Shown one piece after another: positions 11,125-21,069 of a stretch of 56,553 nucleotides of DNA. Positions within the stretch are counted from its first letter, which is position 1. Each line of letters begins with the position of its first letter. The position numbers and the translations under genes are program-made. Under the pieces are notes generated by a model. That model was not told the DNA's origin. It worked only from the letters and a program-made list of their open reading frames with translations, and searched no databases. The DNA comes from Trypethelium eluteriae. Taxonomy: Eukaryota. The stretch spans positions 1 to 56,553 of the forward strand of contig JAVECL010000090.1 in assembly GCA_051942245.1 (NCBI GenBank), given 5' to 3'.

Positions 11125-12940
11125 TCAGAGTCCCTTCTCTAGCGACGGAAGGTTCGAGGGGTCCGACTCGCGCTCGGCTCCAGAAAGAGGCGCCCCGTCA
11201 TCCGTCTGGGGCCCCACCGATTTTGGCGCATCAAGGCCAAAGTCCGTCTCGAGATGCTCCCGCATCGGCACCTCCTTGAGGACGAAGACAGTAAGGAACG
11301 CGAGGACCGAGAAGCCGATGCCGACCTGCCACGTCAGCTGGAGGGCGTCAGTATAGACGCTGATGACCGCTGCCTTGACGGTGGGGACTGGGTCTAGCGA
11401 GTGGAGGAACTCCCTGCTTGCGCGCGCGTACGCGCCGCCGTTGATGAGTAGCTGCTGCACATGCGGGTCTGGGACGCGGTTGGCGAGCTGGTTGACGCGC
11501 GAGTTGAAGACCGTGGCGGGAACCGAGATGCCCCAGACGCCGCCAAAGGCGCGCAGGAAGCCCCAGGTAGCGGTGATAGCGGCGGTGTCGGCGTCTTCGA
11601 GAGGGGCTTGGACGGCGGGAAGAGTGGTGGGCAGGAGGACGCCGACGCCGGCGGCTCCGAGGAATTGGATGCCGATCCAGAAGGCGGTGATCGATTTGGC
11701 GTCGAGCATGGAGAAGAGGCCGAAGGAGACGGAGAGAAAGATGCAGCCTAGGAGCATTATCGGTCTGTATTTGCCTAGTTTTGACAAGCCGATGCCTGCA
11801 CAGATGGCAAAAGGCATAGCAGCGATCGAAGTCGGGAGCACGTACACGCCTGATGCGGTTGGCGAGGCATTCTTGAGAGACTGAAAATACAATGGCAAGT
11901 AATAAGTAATTTGGAATATGAGGATCGAATGTATGAAGGTGAGCGCGAAACCAGCGAGCGAGGTTCTGTTGGCAAACATGCGGAGAGGCATGGTGGGCTC
12001 AGGGATATAGCTCGTTGACTGTAGGGCGAGGAAGGCTACCAAGCCTAAAGCCCCCAGGACCAATGGCACTATGGTTCGCCAGGAGCCCCAAGGGTATAAG
12101 GTGCCACCATAGGTAAGGGCGACAAGAGTGGCAATGACAGACAAGATAAGCAAGGCGTTTCCACCGAAATCGATGCGCCTGAGGATGCCGCGGCCGGATG
12201 TATCTTTTCTGTACTGGACGCGCAAGAAGATGAACAGCAGGACCAAGGCCACGCCGGCGATGGGGAGATTCATGTAAAAAATCCATCTCCAGGTCACGCG
12301 GTCAGTCATGAGACCTCCGATCAACGGGCCGAGTGCGATGGCTATGGCGAAGCCGATGTTGACGATGCCTAGGTACTTAGCTCGCTCGCGGAGAGGACAC
12401 AGATCGCAGACGAGAATCTCAGTCATGACGTTGATGCCACCGCCGCCGATGCCTTGGATAGTTCGCCCGGCGATCAGGGCAGCTGTGTTTGGGGCGGAGC
12501 CCGATACAGCAGAGCCAATGACAAACATGGCAACGGCGCCGAGGATCAAGATGCGGCGACCGACGATATTTGCTGCCTGACCGTACAAAGGTTGAAAGGC
12601 GGTGTTGGTCAAGAAGTAGGCTGTGGGGATCCACTGATACTCTTCACCGGCCCCGAGATCCTTGACGATATTGGGAAGCGCAGTTTAAATCACGGAGATG
12701 TCTAAAGCTGACAGAAGGAAGGTGATTGAAAGCGTGCCAATGATGGCCTGTGAACGGATGTCAGCAATATGGCATAGGCTTAATAAGGTGCGCCCGGGGA
12801 GAAGACCATATATCACTCACCCAAAAACGCCAGCCGTGTCCATGTGAAGGAGTCTCTTTCACTACTGGCGGACTTGATATCGCCACCGCTATCTCCGATG
12901 GCACGTCCTTCGTAGAGTTCGAGATTTCTGTCGACATCAT
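11125..12940 (-). pseudogene. MFS drug:H+ antiporter (14-TMS DHA2-type efflux pump) with a premature stop
   Basis: Exon 1 12940-12821 (...HGHGWRFW), intron 12820-12748. Exon 2 reads AIIGTLSITFLLSALDISVI*TALPNIVKDLG with an in-frame TAA at 12687-12685. The remainder is an intact frame with QPLYGQAANIVGRR, GRTIQGIGGGG, GPLIGG, WRWIFYMNLP. Confidence 0.8.
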
Positions 12941-13189
12941 TCTCAATGGCACGAGCAATAGTCAGATCATGTGCGAATGATCAAGGGCCCGTGCACAAGC
13001 CCAGGATGACCCTGAAGCCTGAGGAAATCGGGCAAATAAATGAGCAGATAGTTCTTGCAAGTAGAAGAGACAGTAGAAGGATGGTAGAGAGAGGGTTGGG
13101 TAATGCGGGTTTGCTATTTCATGTTGTAGCCTTCCAGAGCTTTTCCCTCCCGCAATCTGTCCCCGCGTGCCGGTTGTGTGTTGTGACAC

Positions 13190-13405
13190 CGTCGGCATGG
13201 CCATCTTGACTGATACCTGTCTCTCGCACGATACAATCGATGTGGTCAGTGTCGGCAGTTGCTTGGCTTGGTGGCTTCATAATGACGGCAGCAAAACCCT
13301 CTCCTCGAGGACAGCCGTACACGACTGCATCCCACCTACGTAAGCGTCCACTTGTCGAGCCTATGTGTAACTGTCCGAGTCAGACAAGATAGTACATCTC
13401 TTTGT
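13190..13405 (-). pseudogene. Relic of a type I PKS ketosynthase domain (reducing PKS / PKS-NRPS type)
   Basis: One frame reads [73 protein letters not shown]. This aligns by eye to the KS consensus EMY...[64 protein letters not shown]. Confidence 0.85.
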
Positions 13406-14039
13406 TTAACCAACCTTGGACTCGTAGATGTAGATCTAATGTTGCATGTGATGTGTGAGAAGGCAATCCTATCACGTGAATAGGAGTGAGGTTCGTGAAT
13501 TGGCCACGTATATAGATGTCCTCGCCTCCATAGCTTAATCTACAAGCTTTCACCACCCAATTTACAACATCAACATCTCTGGGCCCCACATGAGGTTGAA
13601 ATCTGTCGGGACGGCCATTGTCGCCTCCCAATTTCACAGAGCCTGAGCGGCCACATACCAGGCTACTAAATTGAATGAGCAAGCAGTATCGACAGTCGCT
13701 GAAGGACCTTTCAATCGAAGAAATACGAGACCCAGTTTGACATAATAGATAAGGTAGATCCAGTCACAAATTACTGTCGTACACTATGAACAACTCTGAT
13801 GGGGACGTTTCAATAGTCAGTGTTCATTTGACCCACAAATACAGCGACTGAATCAACTTTAAGATCTGAATGGAGGAGCCTCCTACATCAATTTCTTCAA
13901 AGACAGTCCCCAAGAAAATGTGCTGTTGGAGTTCCGTCGATTCGGCCTCCTTCGGAGAGATTTGAAAGAAAGTGTGGTCGAAGACAGAATGATCTCATCC
14001 GAGAAATAAAAATGTTTGACATTCGTGCTCTATCACCCG

Positions 14040-15193
14040 CACATGGCCAGCTTTCTGGACCAGTACAGCCCCTTGAACACGAAGCAAAGCGAATATCGTA
14101 TGACATTCCTGCAAAAGTACGTGACGGTTCGCAACTACCGTCTCCCAAAGAAGACCAGGTCCTGTGCAAAAGTCGGCGTGATCGCTTTGAGATCTGCCGA
14201 TGCAAAAATTGCCGACTACTGAGCGACACCAGCATCAGTCAGAGGCTGCGACTTCGCAAGCGAGGTTATTGCGATTGGCCAGCGCGTCAAGAGGCTCAAG
14301 AAGGGTGATCGCGGCCTCGCGCCCACCTTTGGGCTCAATCCAACGGACAAATTCATTGGAGAGTTCGGCCAGTACGCCTTGGCAGCTAAAGCCCCCGTTT
14401 GCAGGATTCTAGACAGTGTGTCATATGATGAAGCGGCGACGTTAGGATCGGCGATAGCTACAGCAGACACCACCCTTTTTCCAGCGTTGAAGCTGCCCTT
14501 ATCTACCGAAGCTGCCAAGACCTGCCAAGACCTGCCAAGAAGCCTTGTCATGCCTAACCTGTGGAGGTGCAACATCAACGGATGCCATGGCTATCCAGAT
14601 GATCCAAAGGTACCGGGAAATATGAAGAGGCCGTAGAACGGGAAGACAGCCAACAACCGACAGCACCGGATTGTATCACAACTCGCTATCCCGCCAACAG
14701 TGACCTTGTCAAATTCCTTGGAACTGAGGAAGCGTTTGACTGTCATTCCCGGTTCGTGCGGGTCTGACATCCGTACTTACACTAACGACTCACTCGCCCA
14801 TGTATTCGACTGCGTTACTGATGCAGAGACCAAAAAGACGTGCCATGAGGCGATCGGAGGATCTGGTGTTGAATACATAGCCATCGACCCATTCGTGGCT
14901 CGCATTCAGTATAGCCGTCGCGACGTTCGAGCAGACCGGCTCTTGATATACTTGCTTTTTGGTTACCCAGTCAGATTAGCTGGCGCGTATGGGAGAGACC
15001 TGCTCGCCCCCAGGATCGCGATTTTGCTTCTTCTCTGTTTCCCATGGCGGAGGCACTGCTATCGCAAGGCTTGCTGAAGCCGCACCAGATGGAAATCCGG
15101 ACTGGCGGTCTCGAGACGGTTGCATACGGTGTCGACGATCTTCGCACAGGGAGGGTGAGGGTGAAGAAGCTCGTCTATCCGATGGCGACTTGA
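14040..15193 (+). pseudogene. Trans-acting enoyl reductase (LovC/TenC-type MDR) pseudogene
   Basis: Fragments across frames: LPSPKEDQVLCK / VGVIALRSADAKIADY* (TGA 14220-14222) ATPASVRGCDFASEVIAIGQRVKRLKKGDR...GEFGQYALA...RILDSVSYDEAATLG / GGATSTDAMAIQM / CGSDIRTYTNDSLAHVFDCVTDAETKKTCHEAIGGSG...IDPF...RRDVRAD...LFGYPVRLAGAYGR / PQDRDFASSLFPMAEALLSQGLLKPH...GGLETVAYGVDDLRTGRVRVKKLVYPMAT* (15191-15193). Several frameshifts; the 5' boundary is approximate. Confidence 0.88.
14511..14540 (+). repeat. 10-bp tandem repeat x3 (CTGCCAAGA core) inside the enoyl reductase pseudogene
   Basis: gctgccaaga cctgccaaga cctgccaaga. Confidence 0.9.
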
Positions 15194-16063
15194 GTCTTCG
15201 GAGCGGCACGGGCCGACCGAGACTTGCGCATAATGCAGAAGTCGGTCCTGAATTTGTAAACGTACCTTGTCACGCTTGTGTACATAGGTCTGTCGTACGT
15301 GAAGAGTTTTGTTGAATCAGCTCAGCCTCGATGCCGAGCCCAGTGCCTAATTAGGTATAGTCACGACTGCAGGGTCTTCCAGTTGACTTCAAGAATTTAC
15401 TTCAGAGATTAGAGTATCAATAGAACTCCCTAGCCCAGATAAAAATTAAAGAGTTTCTCTTTCGGTGCAGCTGCCCCCTCATGTGACACCATACCACAAA
15501 ATTGAAGACCAGAAATCGGCTCCAGCGCCCGATAGTCCTTGCCACACACAGACAAAGGCTTCGTGCGCAGTATGAGATCCGATGCGGCAACGGAGTTCAA
15601 GCAGATGGATTGTCGTGACATCTTTGATTCAATCCATCGAGCTGTACGGGTGAAATTCCATCCGAAGCATTAAGGTCAATGTTGGCGATTTCTGCAGAAT
15701 GGCGTTCTCATATAAGCCTCGATTTTTGTGAGGAGAGAATCCGCCGAGATCGGGCCAATCAAATTTATGCAAGGAGGAATGGCTGAGGACAAAGAACAGC
15801 TCTAACGGCCGTACCATGAATGTTCGTGCCGCTTCTCGCAAAACACGACGGAGATGAATTCGCGCGATTCGCCGCGTCGCATACTGTAAAATTTCCTAGA
15901 GTCCGGAAGCCAAAGCGATTCGAGTTGATATCGTACAAGTTTCGGAGACGGCCACATTTGACCCTACACTAAAATACCATAACTCCCTTCTTTCGTCCAA
16001 GCTTCGAACAACTGGACAGACTTATATTGCAAGAGCGAAGTTGTATGAGGGAACGTCCTGATC

Positions 16064-17068
16064 ATGATGAGGGCATGGCAATACACTGCGACAAGAGGCG
16101 GATTGGAAAATAATCTCAAGCTCAATGCCAGCGCTCCTGTCCCCGTGCCTAAAGATCCATCGACGCAACATGTCATTCAAGTATTGTCAGTTTGCCTCAA
16201 TCCGGTAGACTACAAGGTCGCCGAGCTCATCCCCTCTGCTATGCTACCGAAGCGCAGCACACCAGGCATAGACTTCGTCGGTAAGGTTGCAACGGCAGCG
16301 CGAGAATCCAGGTTGGTAAAGGGAGACACCGTCTTTGGAATAGCTGCACTCTCGCCACTTGCAGGAGGTGCATTGGCCGACTATGTTGTTGTTCCAATGG
16401 AAGGTGCAGCGAAACTTCCGCCTGGCGTAGAGCCGATTGATGCAGCTACGCTGGGGGTGGCAGGACTGAGTGCATACCAGGCGATTGTTCCATACGTGAA
16501 GGCCGGAGACAAGATCTTCATTAACGGTGGTTCAGGCGGTGTTGGGATCTTTAGCATCCAGATTGCCAAGAACCTTGGATGCTACGTCATCACCTCGTGC
16601 TCGACAGCCAATATCAATCTATGTCGAACATTGGGCGCAGACGAAGTGATCGACTACAAGAAGGGCAGCGTCCTTGAAATGCTGAGAAAATGTGGTGACT
16701 TCAACCACATCGTGGATAATGTGGGCAATGACTTTCAGCTGTACTGGCAGGCTCATACATATTCTGGACCGTCTGCAAAGTTCGTGGGTGTAGCTGGAGG
16801 GCCATCGCTGCGGCACTTGGCTTTCGCAACCGCGACGCGACTTTGGCCTGGCTTTCTGGGTGGTGGAAGGCGTCAATTTGTCAGCTTTCTGGCCCAACCA
16901 AAACTTCATCATTTGCAACAGATGGGGACATGGATGGCAGAAGGGAAAATAAAAGCGATCATTGATTCAAAATTTCCCTTCGACAAAGCGCTCGATGCTT
17001 TCCGAAGACTGAAGACGGAGAGAGCGAGAGGAAAGATTGTTATCAATGTTGCAGCTGCCAATTCGTAA
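16064..17068 (+). CDS. MDR-superfamily NADPH oxidoreductase (quinone/enoyl-reductase-like, RTN4IP1-like)
   Basis: Intronless 334-aa ORF with LNPVDYK, PGIDFVGKV, GGALADY, the NADPH-binding FINGGSGGVG, LGADEVIDY and RARGKIVI. Confidence 0.92.
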   Translation: MMRAWQYTATRGGLENNLKLNASAPVPVPKDPSTQHVIQVLSVCLNPVDYKVAELIPSAMLPKRSTPGIDFVGKVATAARESRLVKGDTVFGIAALSPLAGGALADYVVVPMEGAAKLPPGVEPIDAATLGVAGLSAYQAIVPYVKAGDKIFINGGSGGVGIFSIQIAKNLGCYVITSCSTANINLCRTLGADEVIDYKKGSVLEMLRKCGDFNHIVDNVGNDFQLYWQAHTYSGPSAKFVGVAGGPSLRHLAFATATRLWPGFLGGGRRQFVSFLAQPKLHHLQQMGTWMAEGKIKAIIDSKFPFDKALDAFRRLKTERARGKIVINVAAANS

Positions 17069-18435
17069 ATCTTAAGAGAATGTGGCGAAAGACCCAGCGG
17101 TTTCCATAAATGAATAGCAGGACCTAAGCATCTTTGTGGCGAGAACACGTGCAGGCGGCATAAATGATTCTTGTTATCAAAAAGAGACTCTGCTTTAAAG
17201 ACTGGACAGTTCTGGAATGTTGCCGGAAGAGGCAATAGTGCTAATCCACGGTGCGCACCATTAAAAGTATTTCAAAGTTTATTATCTGACTAACTTTCAC
17301 ATGGGTATATAGAGTTCCCAGCCACCGTTACTGTCAACGGTATAAGATTTACCTAATTAGGTTAGGCAGGTAGATAGCGCGTGCAGCACGTGCGCTCACA
17401 CATTACTGTGCCTCTAATATTTCATTCTTTTTGCTGTCGCTTACTATAGCTACCAATAACATCTCAGATCCAAATCTAGCCGCGACGCCTGGTCTTGAGA
17501 AGCGGCGAAATTGAGGACCAGTGGGATGGAGAATCCTACGGGATTCTTACTACCCTAATCAAACCAAATCTTACCTTCTATCCAGTCTCAATGCATCTCG
17601 ATCAGCTACAGATCTGGTAATACTCAAACACTCAATGTCTTCGTCTCTTCAATTTAGGTATAGACTTCGCTCTCCGAAGTTTCTACACCAGCTTACGTGG
17701 ATACATGTTCACGCTCACGAGGATGGAGCTCTTTGGTAGGTGTGACTTAGTAATAACAAAGCTCCCTTTTCATTCTTTATAGTCAGCTAATTTCCTATCT
17801 CGTTTTCAAACTTCCGCAGAATTAATGGGCTTCTGCATTGTTTATAGTGAGAACCTTACTAGGTCAGAACCCAATTATGAGCTGTGGTGCTCGGTCCAGA
17901 AAGAGATCAGCCAGCCACCTAGTTAATACACTTAAGATTTACAACCTTGCATCTCTTCCTAGAGAGGAATTACACTTACCGGCTATCTGTAGAGCTTCCA
18001 CTGATGGTACATCCGTTAAAGAAACGATAATAACCGCTCTAACTGCCATGTTAGGGAAGGCGTGGGTGTGTTCATCAGCACATCTACGAATCTTTTTTGC
18101 TTGTCTTTGTCACCTTAGCTATGGTTGGCGGCATGGAATGACTCTCTCGGTACTGTGTATTATATCGTCCAGTTATTTCACATGCATTGCTTCATTGCCC
18201 AAGGTTTTACCTCGACTGGCTCGCGGGGCCACAGTATAGCGATTAGTCAATAGAGTGAGCGTACCAAGATAGCTGTTTTGAGCCAAATTCAAATGGAGCA
18301 CCCCCCAGCCGTCTCCTAAAGTTTCTTTTCTTTAAAAGCCGGAGGAGTCCTGTAAGCCAAAGACGCTCTACAAATCCATATCCTCGACTATTCAATTCTT
18401 GTTCATATTTGATCTCAGAAGAACCTCATTTAGCT

Positions 18436-20762
18436 ATGCCTGCAGTTTGTCACTGGCTCCTTCCTACCTCTACATACCCAAGCCACATACCCTGCAACGC
18501 GTCCTTCGACAGCCCAGACGCGCTGCATGAACACGTGAAGGCTGCCCACACCTCTGGGGTAAAGGGAAGTGGCCTGCTGCAAGACTTCAGGTGTCTTTGG
18601 AAAGGCTGTCGGCTCCGCAAGAGCGGAGAGCCATTTCCAAACATCAGCAAATTGAACCGACATTTGCTAAGTCACACAATGTGTAAGTGTTTCAATTCAA
18701 ATCTACAACCTCTGGCTGCTCGAAATCTTGTTGGGGGCCTCCCTAATCCCAAACAGCTGAGATAGGGTTTCAGAGAATCCTTCGCTGCTCTTTTGTATAG
18801 TTCTCTGTTGCCCCTATTTCTACCGTCGCATAATCCTGTTGGGGTCCTCCTCATTTGCGTAGTGTGGATATGGGACGCTGGAGGGATCTTTACCTATTGT
18901 TGCTCAAACCTTATTCTATTGTGGTAACTGACATGGCTTTAGTGAAACGGTTCATTTGCGATGTGGTATGGGACCACAAGAAGGAGAGATACGTGAGACC
19001 GGATGGGACACCGTGCGGCCGTTCGTTTACTACGGAGCAACAGCTTAGAAACCATAAAAACACGCACACGGGTGACAGACCATATAAATGCACCCATCCT
19101 GGATGCGACAAGTCGTTTTCCTCCGACCCTGCCAGATGTAAGTCTTGTTATTCTGTTATTAAAGGGATGCTTTAGCAACTTATAAGCTGTGAAACTGACT
19201 GCATTGCCTCGATTTAGTGGCACACAAGAGGACACATACAAAAGAGAAGAATCTGCAGTGTCCTTTCTGTCCCATGAGATTTGATGAGGTAAGACATTTC
19301 TACTGAATTCCTACCTACCTTATGTCAGGCGAATCGCTAATTGTGCTGTATAGGCCTCTAACCTATCGAAACACAAAAAAAGCAGTAAGCTACCCACTTC
19401 CAAGCTCCCGAGAAGAAATTGTTTGAGCTAACCTATAGTCCAGAGCATGGGCCAAAAACTTATAAGTGTCGACATCCCGGCTGTACGCATGAAGACCCTC
19501 GCTGGGGTAAGTTGCTTTTTTTTCCCTAAAATGTTCTGAACTCAACCCAAATCCTTAGCTAGAAGAGCTTCAGGTACCTTTTATATAAAAGAGTCGTCTA
19601 GCTAACATGCCCAGATAACTTCATGCGCCATCTGGAGAAATCCGTAAAAAGAGAACCGCATATGCCGGAGCTCCTTAAAGACAAAAATGCCCTAGAAGCC
19701 TTCAAAAGGGAATGTGAAGAAATCGCCAGAAGAGAGACGGAGATGGAGGAGGATGATGCGGAGGCTCAGAATGCTGCAGTAGATCCCTCGTTCCCTGCAC
19801 CTGGCACTGTCTGTCCATATGCCTCGATGGGGACGGTGGACGGGGGACTTCCGAACCTCGACGCCTTCTTCGGGAACCCAGAGCCGTCGAATGCACCCCA
19901 GAACCCCCCTGAAGTGTCGCACGAAGACCAAGTGGCCATCGAGAACTTTGTCTATAATTCATTCGATCACCAGGGTGCCCCCCAGAGCAATCCCGGCGAT
20001 TCGGTCGGATTCCAATGGCAGCATCCCCAGAGCCTTCCCCCCGACAACTCATATGTGCCCCAGAATGGCACTGTTGACTCTTTCGCCAACCCAGGGGAGC
20101 CCCAGTGGAATCTGGGGAATTCGTTCCAGTCTCAATTTCCTGCCGGGGCTCAGCAGTTTACTTTTGTCTCGGTTGCGCCTCAGCACGGCATCATTACTGC
20201 GTCCGCCAACCCGGGAGGCCCCCAATCGAATTCCGGTGCCTCGCCCACGCCCCAGTATTTTTCCGGGGTCGTGGATCCTACCCTTACCGGGCTCACACCT
20301 GGGGATGGCACTGTTTTCTCGTCTGCCAATCAGGGAGACCCCCAGTGGATTTCCGGCAGCTCCTCCCAGCCACAGTTTTCTTCCGTGGCCCCGGAGCTTA
20401 CCCCTGGCGCATTCGCGGCTCAGCATGGCCTTGGTGTTTCGTCGGTCAATCCGGGGGCTCCCCAATGGAATTTCAGTATCGAGCCTCAAGTCTTTTCTGG
20501 GTACAACCAAGTGTCCGCTCAGAACATTGCTGGGAACTCTGCCGAGGCTCAGAATGGCACTGATGATTCGTTTGCCAATCCAGGGGTCCCCCAGGGGAAT
20601 TTTGATGGCCCGTTCGAGTCTCAGGAGGTTCTTCTAGACCCGGACGACATTGCATATCTCGACAATCTGGATTTTCCTGACCTTGGTCCTCTAGATGGAC
20701 AAGTTATGGGCAGCCCTTGGCCAACACCGTCTAACGATACAGATTATGATGGAGATAGCTAG
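18436..20762 (+). CDS. C2H2 zinc-finger protein (5 complete fingers + 1 degenerate) with a repetitive, acidic C-terminal region
   Basis: Exons 18436-18682, 18943-19137, 19218-19288, 19354-19384, 19444-19506, 19615-20762. Fingers [38 protein letters not shown], linker [43 protein letters not shown]. All introns are GT-AG and keep frame. Confidence 0.88.
19940..20610 (+). repeat. Degenerate 120-bp (40-aa) tandem repeat, about 6 units, in the C2H2 protein tail
   Basis: Anchor motif (N/H)-(P/Q)-G-x-P-Q-(W/S/G)-(N/I) at 19971, 20091, 20211, 20331, 20451 (exact 120-bp spacing) and 20580 (129 bp). Confidence 0.85.
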
Positions 20763-21069
20763 CCTTTTTCATAGATAGATACCTAACTTGAAGAGATTTT
20801 TTCCTCCAGACGGTTTTCGTGGTTCAATGTAGTGCCGAAATTATTACCTAACCTATCGCAACCACCCATGCTAGCGCGAGCTTGCCAAGGTTCGACCCTA
20901 CTCTAAAGCAACGTGAGGATCACAGCCTTCGCTCAAATCCGTGTCTTTCGTCGCCTAGCATGATCTTTGGGAAGCCTTGAGTGTAATAGTAGGTCAATAT
21001 TACGATGTACCATTTCCAATACTTATGTAGCACAGCGAAGGTGTAGAAGAATCTTTGATGAGAGCACGG

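Noticed and set aside
13870..14040. Protein-like frame (GGASYINFFKDSPQENVLLEFRRFGLL) just upstream of the ER pseudogene
   Set aside because: Not assignable to ER, PKS or any family I recognise
15430..15850. Short ORFs between the ER pseudogene and the MDR gene
   Set aside because: No recognisable motifs in the frames I translated
17250..18400. AT/TpA-rich tract with TTAGGTTAGG and a possible signal-peptide/LEKR relic; considered as a RIP-degraded transposon
   Set aside because: No terminal repeats, target-site duplication or transposase/RT motifs seen; the TTAGG pair is too short to be telomeric
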